Positions 53,260-63,492 of a DNA stretch of 64,000 nucleotides are shown here, in pieces. The DNA comes from Oscillospiraceae bacterium (GTDB lineage: Bacteria; Bacillota; Clostridia; Oscillospirales; SIG627), in assembly GCA_015065265.1 (NCBI GenBank), contig SVQQ01000001.1:137146-201145 (forward strand). Direction: 5' to 3'. The position numbers and the translations under genes are program-made. Position 1 is the stretch's first letter. Every line of letters begins with the position of its first letter. Under the pieces are notes generated by a model. The model worked only from the letters and a program-made list of their open reading frames with translations, had not been told where the DNA came from and did not search any database.

Positions 53260-54939
53260 ATGAAAATGATGACAGATATTGAAATTGCCCAGTCGGCAAA
53301 AATGCAGCCTATTGTAGATATTGCAAAAAAAGCGGGAATACCCGACGAAAAACTTGAACCTTACGGAAAGTATAAAGCAAAGTTGGATCTTTCTCTTTTG
53401 TCTGACCTTGAAGAAAAAGCGGACGGTAAACTCATTCTCGTTACCGCTATAACTCCCACCCCTGCAGGAGAGGGAAAAACTACTACCACTATCGGACTTG
53501 CCGACGGACTTTCAAGAATTGGCAAGAAGACCGTAATTGCCCTTCGTGAGCCCTCCCTTGGCCCCGTTTTCGGAGTTAAAGGCGGTGCGGCAGGTGGCGG
53601 ATATGCACAGGTTGTGCCTATGGAAGACATTAACCTTCACTTTACAGGTGACTTCCACGCAATCGGTGCCGCAAATAACCTTCTTGCAGCAATGCTCGAT
53701 AACCACATCTATCAGGGCAACCGCCTTAATATCGACCCTCGCAGAATTACCTGGAAGAGATGCGTTGATATGAATGACCGTCAACTTCGTTTCGTTACCG
53801 ACGGACTTGGCGGAAGAGTTAACGGCGTTCCCCGTGAAGACGGATACGATATTACAGTTGCATCTGAAATAATGGCAGTCCTTTGCCTGTCATCATCTAT
53901 TTCAGACCTTAAAGCGAGACTTTCGAGAATTATCGTTGGTTATACCTACGACGAAAAGCCCGTTACCGCAGGTGACCTTAAAGCCGACGGAGCGATGGCA
54001 GCCCTTCTCAAAGACGCCCTCAAACCCAACCTTGTGCAAACCCTTGAAGGCACTCCCACCTTCGTTCACGGTGGACCTTTTGCCAATATTGCCCACGGTT
54101 GTAACTCGGTAATTGCCACAAAGATGGCTATGAAACTTGGTGACTACGCCATTACCGAAGCAGGTTTCGGCGCAGACCTCGGCGCTGAAAAATTCCTTGA
54201 CATTAAATGCCGTGAAGCAAACATCACCCCCTCGGCAGTAGTGATAGTCGCAACTATCCGCGCCCTTAAAATGCACGGTGGCCTTGCTAAGACCGAACTT
54301 GGCTCAGAAAACCTTGAAGCACTTGAAAAGGGTATCCCCAATCTTTTAAGACACGTGTCTAACATCAAGGACGTTTACTCACTTCCCTCTGTTGTAGCAA
54401 TAAACCGCTTCCCCACAGATACCGATAGGGAAGTAGAACTCATAATTGAAAAATGCCGTGCCCTCGGCGTAAACGTTGTCCTTTCTAACGTTTGGGCAGA
54501 AGGGGGACGCGGAGGAGAAGACCTTGCAAGAGAAGTTGTACGTCTTTGCGAAGAAGAAAAGGGCAACTTCAAGTTCTCTTACGACTCATCTCTTTCAATC
54601 GAAGATAAAATCCGTGCTATCGTTCAGAAGATTTACAGAGGAAAAGATATCACAATTCTTCCTCAGGCAAAGAAACAAATCGAAAAACTTCGTGAACTCG
54701 GCTTTGACTCTTCACCCGTGTGTATGGCAAAAACTCAGTACAGTTTTTCCGACGATCCCACAAAACTTGGCGCTCCCGAAGACTTTACAGTAACTATCAA
54801 GAACGTTAAGGTTTCCGCAGGTGCAGGATTTATCGTTGCCCTTACAGGTGACATTATGACAATGCCTGGCCTTCCCAAAGTACCCGCCGCCGAAAATATC
54901 GACGTCGACGAAAACGGAGTTATCCACGGGCTATTCTAA
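53260..54939 (+). CDS. fhs: formate--tetrahydrofolate ligase
   Basis: TDIEIAQ N-terminus, P-loop [16 protein letters not shown], and full-length collinearity with the Fhs pattern (…[13 protein letters not shown]…). Confidence 0.93.
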   Translation: MKMMTDIEIAQSAKMQPIVDIAKKAGIPDEKLEPYGKYKAKLDLSLLSDLEEKADGKLILVTAITPTPAGEGKTTTTIGLADGLSRIGKKTVIALREPSLGPVFGVKGGAAGGGYAQVVPMEDINLHFTGDFHAIGAANNLLAAMLDNHIYQGNRLNIDPRRITWKRCVDMNDRQLRFVTDGLGGRVNGVPREDGYDITVASEIMAVLCLSSSISDLKARLSRIIVGYTYDEKPVTAGDLKADGAMAALLKDALKPNLVQTLEGTPTFVHGGPFANIAHGCNSVIATKMAMKLGDYAITEAGFGADLGAEKFLDIKCREANITPSAVVIVATIRALKMHGGLAKTELGSENLEALEKGIPNLLRHVSNIKDVYSLPSVVAINRFPTDTDREVELIIEKCRALGVNVVLSNVWAEGGRGGEDLAREVVRLCEEEKGNFKFSYDSSLSIEDKIRAIVQKIYRGKDITILPQAKKQIEKLRELGFDSSPVCMAKTQYSFSDDPTKLGAPEDFTVTIKNVKVSAGAGFIVALTGDIMTMPGLPKVPAAENIDVDENGVIHGLF

Positions 54940-54944
54940 AAATC

Positions 54945-54979
54945 AAAACCGCTATTGAGAAATCAATAGCGGTTTTTTT
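54945..54979. terminator. bidirectional terminator between fhs and malQ
   Basis: 13-bp stem AAACCGCTATTGA / TCAATAGCGGTTT with loop GAAA, followed by a T-run. Confidence 0.85.
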
Positions 54980-56408
54980 ATATTCTCCCATACGTTCTGT
55001 TTAACTTCATAAACTTGTTTTTGTCAATGGAATTTAACTGTTCACTCGTTACCCTGAAAAGCCAGTTTCCACCCACAGTACCGGGACAGTTCATACGTGT
55101 GTCACAACCGAACTTCAAAAGGTCTTGAATAGGGAAAATCACAAGCCCTGCATGGCTTTGTAGCATCTGACGTAAAATAGCATCAAAACACAAGTCAATG
55201 TCGTCACCCATAACACCGAAATAATCGAATATCTCTTGTCGTTTACTCTTTTCACACTCCCAAAGATAGCCAAGGAGAGTATTGTTATCATGAGTGCCTG
55301 TGTATGCCACACAATTGTTTTTATAGTTGTGTGGTAGATGCGGGGAGTGAGGGTCGGATAAAAAACCAAACTGCAAAACTCTCATGCCTGGGAAAGTACT
55401 TTTGTCGAGAAGTTTTACCACCCTGTCCGTTATTTCACCCAAGTCCTCTGCAATAACGAGTTTTTCTCCCACAACCTTTTTTATTTCTTTAATAAAGGAT
55501 AGCCCGGGCCCTTTTTTCCATTTGCCATATTTTGCAGTTTTCTCTCCGAAAGGCACTTCAAAATATGACTCAAATGCTCTGAAATGGTCAATTCTTACCC
55601 CGTCGAAAAGTTTTAAATAAAACGAAAAACGCCTCTTTAAGAAGTCGTAATTATCCTTCTTTATCGAATGAAAATTATATAAAGGATTTCCCCATACCTG
55701 TCCGTCAGGGGAAAAATAGTCGGGAGGCACTCCTGCAACCGACCTTGGTGTAAAATCCTCTTTCAAGTCGAAAAGTTTCGGACTGTTTTTAACCTCTGCC
55801 GAGTCGAAGGACAGGTAAAAAGGCAGGTCGCCTATTATTTTTATCCCCCTTTCGTTTGCGTAACTTTTCACCTTTTTCCACTGACAGTTTAAAATGTATT
55901 GGGAAAAGAGCCAAAGTCTTAAATCACCTTTGTCAAAGCCTTGTTTATCCCATAAGTGCCACTCTCTGCCATTATTAAAACTCTTTTCTGCCATAAAGTT
56001 TGCAAAAGTCTCAATATCCTTTTCCTCTTTGTAAAAGTCTTCGCACTCGGAAAAATCGAATTTTTCCGACGCTTTTTTTAAAAGTGACAGCCTCTGACTT
56101 TTCAGCCTTTCAATTTCACACCTGAAACTTTCCTTTTCTCTTGATAGGGCAAGTTCCTCTTTTGTAATAAGACCCCTTTCATATAAATCTTCAAGGTCTA
56201 AAAAATAAGGATTGATACTGAAAGTAGAATAGGACTTATAGGGCGAAAAAAACTCGTCTGGCATACAGAAGGGTAAAACCTGCCAAAAGGTAAACCCCGA
56301 CTCTTTTAAAAAGTCTATAAACTCAAATGAACATTTTCCGAAATTCCCGCAAGAATATCCCGAGGGAAGAGAGGACACGTGCATAAGTACACCGCTTTTT
56401 CTTTCCAT
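54978..56408 (-). CDS. malQ: 4-alpha-glucanotransferase (amylomaltase, GH77)
   Basis: SGVLMHVSSLPS N-terminus, VRIDHFRAF, GDLPFY, IAEDLG and YTGTHDN motifs. Confidence 0.92.
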   Translation of the reverse strand: MERKSGVLMHVSSLPSGYSCGNFGKCSFEFIDFLKESGFTFWQVLPFCMPDEFFSPYKSYSTFSINPYFLDLEDLYERGLITKEELALSREKESFRCEIERLKSQRLSLLKKASEKFDFSECEDFYKEEKDIETFANFMAEKSFNNGREWHLWDKQGFDKGDLRLWLFSQYILNCQWKKVKSYANERGIKIIGDLPFYLSFDSAEVKNSPKLFDLKEDFTPRSVAGVPPDYFSPDGQVWGNPLYNFHSIKKDNYDFLKRRFSFYLKLFDGVRIDHFRAFESYFEVPFGEKTAKYGKWKKGPGLSFIKEIKKVVGEKLVIAEDLGEITDRVVKLLDKSTFPGMRVLQFGFLSDPHSPHLPHNYKNNCVAYTGTHDNNTLLGYLWECEKSKRQEIFDYFGVMGDDIDLCFDAILRQMLQSHAGLVIFPIQDLLKFGCDTRMNCPGTVGGNWLFRVTSEQLNSIDKNKFMKLNRTYGRI

Positions 56409-56587
56409 AAAAACACCTCGTTTATATGTTTATCTCGAAAAAGCGAAACTATGCAAGGGCAAAAACTCACTTTTTTATAATTTTTTGAAAAATATATAAA
56501 TTGATTGCAATTTAATCAATATTTGTTAAAAATTAAGTGCTATTATATACTCGAAATAAAACCTACCCACGCAAAAGGAGGCCCCTT

Positions 56588-57979
56588 ATGTCAGAAAAGG
56601 ACATTAACACAAATTTTGAAAATAATAACGAATTAAGAGAGGGAGAAATTCTTAAAAACGAGAACAGTTTTGAAGATATCCCCCCAAGACCCATAGATCC
56701 TCAACCTCACACTCAAAACAGTTACGGAGGCTTTTCACAGAAATGGAACTATGAACGCCACGAACAGAAAATGAGAAACAAAGGCAAAGTGGCAAAGGCT
56801 CTCGCCCTTACAATGTCTTTCCTTTTTGTTATTACTCTTACCGCTTTCGTTACCTACTACTACGTTGATAACCACCTTGATAACGGTAACAACTCAATTT
56901 TTTCAGGAACGAAAAATAACAACTCAAATACCGACGTAAACATCAACGAAAAAGTGACCTATGCCGAAAGAGACGACGCCACAGAAGTTATCTCCCAGTA
57001 CACAGGGGCAGAACTTACAAGTCAGGAAATTATAAACCTTGCTACCCCCAGCGTAGTAGGTATTAAAACTATGATTGAGCAGTATTATTCCTTCTACGGT
57101 ACACAGACCTATGAGGGCGTTGGCTCAGGCTTTATCATTACCGAAGACGGTTATATAATAACTAACTACCACGTAATTGAAGATGCAGTTAGCATTAAGG
57201 TAGTTATGTCAGACGGTACCGAATACGATGCCGAAACCGTTGGCTTTGACTCACTTTCCGACGTTGCTGTTTTGAAAATTGAAGCCGAGAATCTTCCTGC
57301 CCTTGTTGTAGGAAACTCCGAGGCAGTTGTGGCAGGGGATACCGTTATTGCTATCGGTTGTCCATCGGGAATTGACCTTGCAGGTACCGCAACACGCGGT
57401 ATGGTGTCAAAGGTAAACCGTGAAATTGCCATCACCGACTACTACGGAAGAAACCAGAAAATAATGAACGTAATTCAGATAGACGCCGCTATCAACCCCG
57501 GAAACTCAGGAGGACCCCTCCTTAATTCCAGAGGGGAAGTAATAGGTATAAATACCCTTAAACTTTCCTCAACCTCATATGAAGGAATAGGATTTGCGCT
57601 CCCCATTAACGGAGTTATGGCGCTTGTTGACCAGATATGCGAAAACGGAGCAGTCGTTGAACGCCCTGCCGACAGTTTCGTTACAGGAAAAGCAGCCCTT
57701 GGCATCTCCTACCGTGAGATTACCCCCTCCGAGTCCAGAAAGTACTCACTTCCTCAAGGTGTCCTTGCAGTCCTTGTTTACCAAGGCGGAGCCGCACAAA
57801 AAGGCGGTATTAAGAGCGGTGACATCATCGTTGAATTCGACGGAGTTGAAGTCACCACCGACGATAAACTTATCGAACTTCTCGACTCCAAGAAACCGGG
57901 CGACGTTGTAAAGGTTAAAGTGTATCGCGACGAAGAGTATAAAACCCTTGACGTCACCCTTACCGAAGCATCTGAATAA
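56588..57979 (+). CDS. htrA: membrane-anchored HtrA/DegP-type serine protease with PDZ domain
   Basis: ATG 56588 after AAGGAGG. A TM anchor is present. The catalytic triad context is TNYHVIED, SDVAVLKI and GNSGGPLLN. A C-terminal PDZ follows (GGIKSGDIIVEFDGVEV). Confidence 0.9.
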   Translation: MSEKDINTNFENNNELREGEILKNENSFEDIPPRPIDPQPHTQNSYGGFSQKWNYERHEQKMRNKGKVAKALALTMSFLFVITLTAFVTYYYVDNHLDNGNNSIFSGTKNNNSNTDVNINEKVTYAERDDATEVISQYTGAELTSQEIINLATPSVVGIKTMIEQYYSFYGTQTYEGVGSGFIITEDGYIITNYHVIEDAVSIKVVMSDGTEYDAETVGFDSLSDVAVLKIEAENLPALVVGNSEAVVAGDTVIAIGCPSGIDLAGTATRGMVSKVNREIAITDYYGRNQKIMNVIQIDAAINPGNSGGPLLNSRGEVIGINTLKLSSTSYEGIGFALPINGVMALVDQICENGAVVERPADSFVTGKAALGISYREITPSESRKYSLPQGVLAVLVYQGGAAQKGGIKSGDIIVEFDGVEVTTDDKLIELLDSKKPGDVVKVKVYRDEEYKTLDVTLTEASE

Positions 57980-57987
57980 AAAACAAA

Positions 57988-58015
57988 AAGCCGATGCACC
58001 CGCATCGGCTTTTTT
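57988..58015 (+). terminator. htrA terminator
   Basis: GCCGATGC / GCATCGGC stem followed by TTTTTT. Confidence 0.85.
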
Positions 58016-58147
58016 ACGCCTTATTCTTCAACACGTTTAGCGGATTTTCCGCTAAACACGAATAAAAAAGAAGATTTTGCCCTCGCAAAATCCACCAAAA
58101 CTTTTCACTCTTCACTAAAAAAGCGTGTGGAAAAACCACACGCTTTT

Positions 58148-58852
58148 TTATCTGAAATTCACTCTGTACGCTCGTTTTTTTGCATTGTTTTCATAAATGC
58201 GCTTTTTGTGAAGGGTCTGTCTGTGACGACTCGTCTCCATATTTGTGGAAATGAATGACTCCACACGTTTTATCATGTCCCTTGTCATACGCCTGTCGGT
58301 CTTTCTTCTCTTTATGTAGTAACTAAGAGAGGAAAGTTTTATAACGTCTTTTACGTTCTTTGAGAAAGTTACGTTTGACGAGGTGAATACGACAACGGTA
58401 TAAATGGGAAGACTTAAAAGGCTCTGCCTTTTGCGTAAAACGTTTTCAAGGGCGGCCTTGTGCACGTTGTTTTGATGCACGGGATTGTGGAACCTGACTA
58501 CCTTGTCACGCCAACGCTGTGTCCAGAACTTGCCCTCGGTTATGATATAACCGTTATGGCTTTTTACCTCAATAATGAAAATTCCTTTATTTGAAATGAA
58601 AATGGTATCAAGTTCGGTAAGACCGTTATTAGTTTTCAGATAAACGTCTTTCATAATAACTGCCCTTGGAAAATTTTTTTTAAGGAAATCCACAACTTTC
58701 TTTTCCGCGTCGTCACCGTAATGGTCTACTTTGTTCTGCTTTATGCGACTTTTTACCTTGGACGAAATACGCCACACGATAAAAGAAAAAAGGGTAATAA
58801 AATTTATAATACCGAAGACTAAAACCAGAAGTGTAAGTTTTTCGCTTGACAC
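58148..58852 (-). CDS. NERD (nuclease-related domain) protein with N-terminal membrane anchor
   Basis: GTG start at 58852, 7 nt after AGGAG. The TM is LTLLVLVFGIINFITLFSFIVW. The NERD core is AEKKVVDFLKK...ELDTIFISNKGIFIIEVKSHNG. Confidence 0.75.
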   Translation of the reverse strand: MSSEKLTLLVLVFGIINFITLFSFIVWRISSKVKSRIKQNKVDHYGDDAEKKVVDFLKKNFPRAVIMKDVYLKTNNGLTELDTIFISNKGIFIIEVKSHNGYIITEGKFWTQRWRDKVVRFHNPVHQNNVHKAALENVLRKRQSLLSLPIYTVVVFTSSNVTFSKNVKDVIKLSSLSYYIKRRKTDRRMTRDMIKRVESFISTNMETSRHRQTLHKKRIYENNAKKRAYRVNFR

Positions 58853-59113
58853 AAAATTTCTCCTAATCTTATTTTTAAAAAATGAGCAGAAAAACTTTCT
58901 GCTATTACATTTTATCATAAGAGGGAGACAATTACAACAAAAATGATAAAAAAGCAAAAGTATTCATAAAAATTTTTTAAAAAAGTACCCTTTTTTATAT
59001 TTACAATTCACAAAAAAAGTGCTATTATATATCCGTATGATAAAAAACTGGTAGATTGTGAAAAAACAAATACATATTTCACAGGACAGTTAATACTAAG
59101 GAGGAGAAACCAA

Positions 59114-62100
59114 ATGGCAAGAAGAAAAATTTCCATGGACGGTAATACCGCCGCAGCCCACGTATCATATGCGTTTACAGAAGTAGCGGCAATTTATCCC
59201 ATCACCCCTTCAAGCCCTATGGCCGAGGTAACAGACGCTTGGTCAGCAGCCGATAAGAACATTTTTGGCGAACCTGCCAGAAACATTTTCGGCGAAACAG
59301 TAAAAATGGTAGAGATGCAGTCAGAGGCAGGTGCCGCAGGTGCGGTTCACGGTTCTCTTGCAGCAGGTGCGCTCACAACCACCTACACAGCATCACAGGG
59401 TCTTCTTTTGATGATCCCCAATATGTACAAAATCGCAGGTGAATTGCTTCCTAACGTAATTCACGTATCTGCTCGTTGTGTTGCGACTCACGCGCTCAAC
59501 ATTTTCGGAGACCACTCCGACGTGTATGCTTGTCGTCAGACAGGTTATGCAATGCTTGCAGAAAGCAATCCTCAGGAAGTAATGGACCTTGGTGCAGTTG
59601 CTCACCTTGCAACTATCAAGGGCAGAGTTCCTTTCCTTAACTTCTTTGACGGTTTCAGAACATCTCATGAAATTCAGAAGATTGAAGCATGGGACTACGA
59701 AGACCTTAAAGAAATGGTAGATATGGATGCAGTTGCAGCTTTCCGTGCACGTGCAATCAACCCCGAACATCCTACTCTTCGCGGAAGCGCTGAAAACGGC
59801 GACATCTTCTTCCAGCACAGAGAAGCATGTAACAGATACTATGACGCTCTTCCCGAAATCGTTGAAGAGTACATGGCAAAAGTTAATGCAAAAATCGGTA
59901 CAAACTATCAGCTCTTCAACTACTACGGAGCACCCGATGCAGACAGAGTTATCATTGCAATGGGCTCTATCTGTGACGTAGCAGAAGAAGTTATCGACTA
60001 CCTCAACGCTCACGGCGAAAAGGTTGGTCTTATCAAAGTTCGTCTTTACAGACCTTTCCGTGCAGACAAACTTATCGCGGCTATCCCCGCAACTGCAAAG
60101 AAGATTGCAGTTCTTGACAGAACAAAAGAACCCGGCTCTCTCGGTGAACCCCTCTACCTTGACGTTGTTACTGCTCTTGCACAGGCAGGACGTGCAGCAA
60201 CAGTAGTTGGCGGTAGATACGGTCTTGGTTCTAAGGACACACCTCCTTCAAGTGTATTCGCAGTATTTGAAAACCTTAAGGCAGATGCTCCCAAGAACAA
60301 CTTCACTATCGGAATTGTTGACGACGTTACAGGTCTTTCTCTTGAAGAGAAACCCGCTCCCGACACAGCAGCACCCGGCACTATCAGTTGTAAGTTCTGG
60401 GGTCTTGGCGGTGACGGTACAGTTGGTGCTAACAAGAACTCTATCAAGATCATCGGTGACCACACCGATAAATATATTCAGGCATACTTCCAGTATGACT
60501 CAAAGAAGACAGGTGGTATCACAATTTCTCACCTTCGTTTCGGTGACAAACCCATCAAGTCTCCTTACTACATCAATAAGGCTAACTTCGTTGCTTGTCA
60601 TAACCAGGCATACCTTACAAAGTATGATATGGTTTCCGACATTCTTCCCGGTGGTACGTTCCTTCTTGACTGTCAGTGGACAGCAGAAGAACTTGACGCA
60701 CACCTTCCCGCAAGTGTTAAGTCTTATATCGCAAACAACAACGTTAAATTCTATATAATCAATGCTACCGACATCGCTCTCAACCAGATTGGCGACGGTA
60801 AGGTTAAGAACACAGTTCTTCAGTCTGCATTCTTTGCACTTGCAAAGATTCTTCCCGCAGAAGAAGCAATTGATTATATGAAGAAGATGGCATACAAGTC
60901 ATATAGCAAGAAGGGTCAGGAAATCGTTGACAAGAACTACGCCGCAATCGATGCAGGTGCAGGTGCTCTTGTTGAAGTTAAAGTTCCTGATGCATGGAAG
61001 AACTGCGTTGCAGATGCTCCCGCTCCTCTTGCAGACGGTGACCGTCCCGAACTCGTTGAATTCGTTAACAAGGTAGTAACACCTGTTGGCGCAATGAAGG
61101 GCGACTCACTTCCTGTTTCAGCTTTCGAAGAATACGTTGACGGTACCTTCCCTCAGGGCGCAGCCGCTTACGAAAAACGTGGCGTTGCAGTTAAGGTTCC
61201 TTCATGGATTCCCGAAAACTGTATCCAGTGTAACCAGTGTTCATACGTTTGTCCTCACGCAACTCTTCGTCCTTATGCACTTAATAAAGATGAAGTTGCA
61301 GCAGCACCCGCAGCAATGAAGAGTGCTCAGATGAAGGGCAAGGGTTGTGAAGACTACACCTTCACTATCAGCATTTCACCTCTCGACTGTATGGGCTGTG
61401 GCGCTTGTGCTAACATCTGTCCTGCAAAGGAAAAAGCACTCGTTATGGTACCTCAGGCGAAGGAATCAGCACAGGCTGACGTTTGGACCTACACAACTGA
61501 AAAGGTTTCTAAGAAGGACGTTCCCTTCGCAGAAAACACAGTTAAGGGTAGCCAGTTCAATCAGCCCCTCCTTGAGTTCTCAGGTTCTTGTGCAGGTTGT
61601 GCAGAAACAACGTATGCAAGACTTATTACTCAACTCTTCGGCGAAAGAATGTATATCTCCAACGCAACAGGTTGTTCTTCAATCTGGGGTGGTTCCGCTC
61701 CTTCTACTCCTTACACAGTAAATAAGGATTCAAAACGCGGACCCGGTTGGGCTAACTCACTCTTCGAAGACAATGCTGAACACGGTCTGGGTATGCACCT
61801 CGGTCAGAAGGCAATTCGTGCAAGACTTATCTCAAAGATTGAAGATATGATGAAGTCCGATAAGGCTTCCGACGACTTCAAGGCTGCCGCTCAGAACTTC
61901 CTTGATACAAAGGACGACGGTAAGAAGAACGAGTCTGCTACAAAGGCACTTATTGTAGAACTTGAAAAGGCTGCAAAGGACGGTTGTCCCGTTGCTCCCG
62001 AAATCCTCAAGGAAAAAGAATACCTCTCCAAGAAGTCAGTTTGGATCTTCGGTGGAGACGGATGGGCATACGACATCGGATTTGGTGGTCTTGACCACGT

Positions 62101-62692
62101 TATCGCTTCCGGTGAAGACGTAAACATCATGGTATTCGATACAGAAGTTTACTCTAATACAGGTGGACAGGCTTCCAAGGCTTCTAACATCGGTCAGGTT
62201 GCACAGTTCGCTGCAGCAGGTAAGGCAATCAGCAAGAAGAACCTTGCACAGATCGCTATGTCCTACGGTTACGTTTACGTTGCACAGATCGCTATGGGCG
62301 CTGATATGAATCAGACAATCAAGGCTATCTGCGAAGCAGAAGCATATCCCGGACCTTCACTCATTATCGGCTACTCACCTTGTGAACTTCACAGAATCAA
62401 GGGCGGTATGACTAACTGTCAGGCTGAAATGAAGAAGGCTGTTCAGGCAGGTTACTGGCAGAACTTCAGATATAATCCCACTCTTAAAGCAGAAGGTAAG
62501 AATCCTCTTACCATCGACTCTAAGGAACCCACAGCAGATTATATCGAGTTCATCAACTCTGAAGTTAGATACTCCAGTCTTACCCGTGCATTCCCCGACA
62601 GAGCAAATGCTCTCTTCGAGGCTGCTGCTGCCAAGGCTCGTGAAAAGTACGAAGACCTTGTAAGACAGTCAAAAATGTACGACAACGAATAA
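59114..62692 (+). CDS. nifJ: pyruvate:ferredoxin (flavodoxin) oxidoreductase, single-chain PFOR
   Basis: 1192 aa. MDGNTAAAHVSYAFTEVAAIYPITPSSPMAE N-terminus, a 2x[4Fe-4S] ferredoxin domain (CIQCNQCSYVCPH ... CMGCGACANICP), and the TPP domain GGDGWAYDIGFGGLDH. Confidence 0.95.
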   Translation: MARRKISMDGNTAAAHVSYAFTEVAAIYPITPSSPMAEVTDAWSAADKNIFGEPARNIFGETVKMVEMQSEAGAAGAVHGSLAAGALTTTYTASQGLLLMIPNMYKIAGELLPNVIHVSARCVATHALNIFGDHSDVYACRQTGYAMLAESNPQEVMDLGAVAHLATIKGRVPFLNFFDGFRTSHEIQKIEAWDYEDLKEMVDMDAVAAFRARAINPEHPTLRGSAENGDIFFQHREACNRYYDALPEIVEEYMAKVNAKIGTNYQLFNYYGAPDADRVIIAMGSICDVAEEVIDYLNAHGEKVGLIKVRLYRPFRADKLIAAIPATAKKIAVLDRTKEPGSLGEPLYLDVVTALAQAGRAATVVGGRYGLGSKDTPPSSVFAVFENLKADAPKNNFTIGIVDDVTGLSLEEKPAPDTAAPGTISCKFWGLGGDGTVGANKNSIKIIGDHTDKYIQAYFQYDSKKTGGITISHLRFGDKPIKSPYYINKANFVACHNQAYLTKYDMVSDILPGGTFLLDCQWTAEELDAHLPASVKSYIANNNVKFYIINATDIALNQIGDGKVKNTVLQSAFFALAKILPAEEAIDYMKKMAYKSYSKKGQEIVDKNYAAIDAGAGALVEVKVPDAWKNCVADAPAPLADGDRPELVEFVNKVVTPVGAMKGDSLPVSAFEEYVDGTFPQGAAAYEKRGVAVKVPSWIPENCIQCNQCSYVCPHATLRPYALNKDEVAAAPAAMKSAQMKGKGCEDYTFTISISPLDCMGCGACANICPAKEKALVMVPQAKESAQADVWTYTTEKVSKKDVPFAENTVKGSQFNQPLLEFSGSCAGCAETTYARLITQLFGERMYISNATGCSSIWGGSAPSTPYTVNKDSKRGPGWANSLFEDNAEHGLGMHLGQKAIRARLISKIEDMMKSDKASDDFKAAAQNFLDTKDDGKKNESATKALIVELEKAAKDGCPVAPEILKEKEYLSKKSVWIFGGDGWAYDIGFGGLDHVIASGEDVNIMVFDTEVYSNTGGQASKASNIGQVAQFAAAGKAISKKNLAQIAMSYGYVYVAQIAMGADMNQTIKAICEAEAYPGPSLIIGYSPCELHRIKGGMTNCQAEMKKAVQAGYWQNFRYNPTLKAEGKNPLTIDSKEPTADYIEFINSEVRYSSLTRAFPDRANALFEAAAAKAREKYEDLVRQSKMYDNE

Positions 62693-62703
62693 TTAAAAAA
62701 TTT

Positions 62704-62733
62704 GGATGGGAAATTTTTCCCATCCATTTTTTT
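62704..62733 (+). terminator. PFOR terminator
   Basis: GGATGGGA / TCCCATCC stem followed by TTTTTTT. Confidence 0.85.
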
Positions 62734-62854
62734 GCTTGAAAGTCAAATTTTTAAAAAATAATAATATCTCTTTGAGGACATAATATTTTCGGAGACCAAA
62801 ATCTCCGAAAATACCTTTTTGTATAATAGACGAAAAAACACAGGGAGAATTATA

Positions 62855-63112
62855 ATGAAAAAAATTTGCCTTGCCATTGGACTTGTGTCAATTCTTTCTC
62901 TCTCTCTTACCTCTTGTAGAAACTTTGAAGCCCAGAACGGTAGATACGGATACTATAACGATAGAGTAACCGATAGAGAATATAACGAAAGAAATATGGC
63001 CGACAAGACAGAAAACAGAATAAGAAACTCTTACGAAAACGCTAAAAGCAATATAAAAAATACCTTTGATAATGCCACAGAATATATTGGCAACGCAATG
63101 GGCGTAAGATAA
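62855..63112 (+). CDS. small lipoprotein, unknown function
   Basis: MKKICLAIGLVSILSLSLTS-C lipobox. The mature part is N/R/E-rich. I chose the ATG at 62855 rather than the start of the track ORF. Confidence 0.6.
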   Translation: MKKICLAIGLVSILSLSLTSCRNFEAQNGRYGYYNDRVTDREYNERNMADKTENRIRNSYENAKSNIKNTFDNATEYIGNAMGVR

Positions 63113-63149
63113 CGAAAAAGTGCTTAAAACCTTCGGGCTTTAAGCACTT

Positions 63150-63374
63150 TTATCTTTCAGGATATTTATATCCTTTTTTTATTCCAATAAGATAGTCGGA
63201 AGACACCTTGAAGTAATTACATAAAGCTATTATGTCCTCAAGGCTGGGCTCACATTTTCCACACTCTATATAGGATAACTTCCTCTGTGTCATATTTACC
63301 AAAGTCCCAAGTTCAGTCTGATTTAAATTTGCGTCTTCTCTTAAGTTTTTTATCTTCTCACCAAAAGACAACAC
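63150..63374 (-). CDS. XRE-family HTH transcriptional regulator
   Basis: FGEKIKNLREDANLNQTELGTLVNMTQRKLSYIECGKCEPSLEDIIALCNYF is a canonical Cro/C1 HTH. Confidence 0.85.
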   Translation of the reverse strand: MLSFGEKIKNLREDANLNQTELGTLVNMTQRKLSYIECGKCEPSLEDIIALCNYFKVSSDYLIGIKKGYKYPER

Positions 63375-63492
63375 AACTTCTCACTCCTTTTACAACTTGT
63401 AATACTATTATAGGTTAGACAGAAACTTTCTATTGACTTTCAGACAAAAAATGTCTATAATGTGGTTATAAAAACTGCGAAAGGACATTAAA

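Noticed and set aside
58016-58147. Hairpins between htrA and the NERD gene as a possible small RNA
   Set aside because: The structures (GTTTAGCGG/CCGCTAAAC and GCGTGTGG/CCACACGC with flanking A/T runs) are adequately explained as terminators of the two convergent genes.
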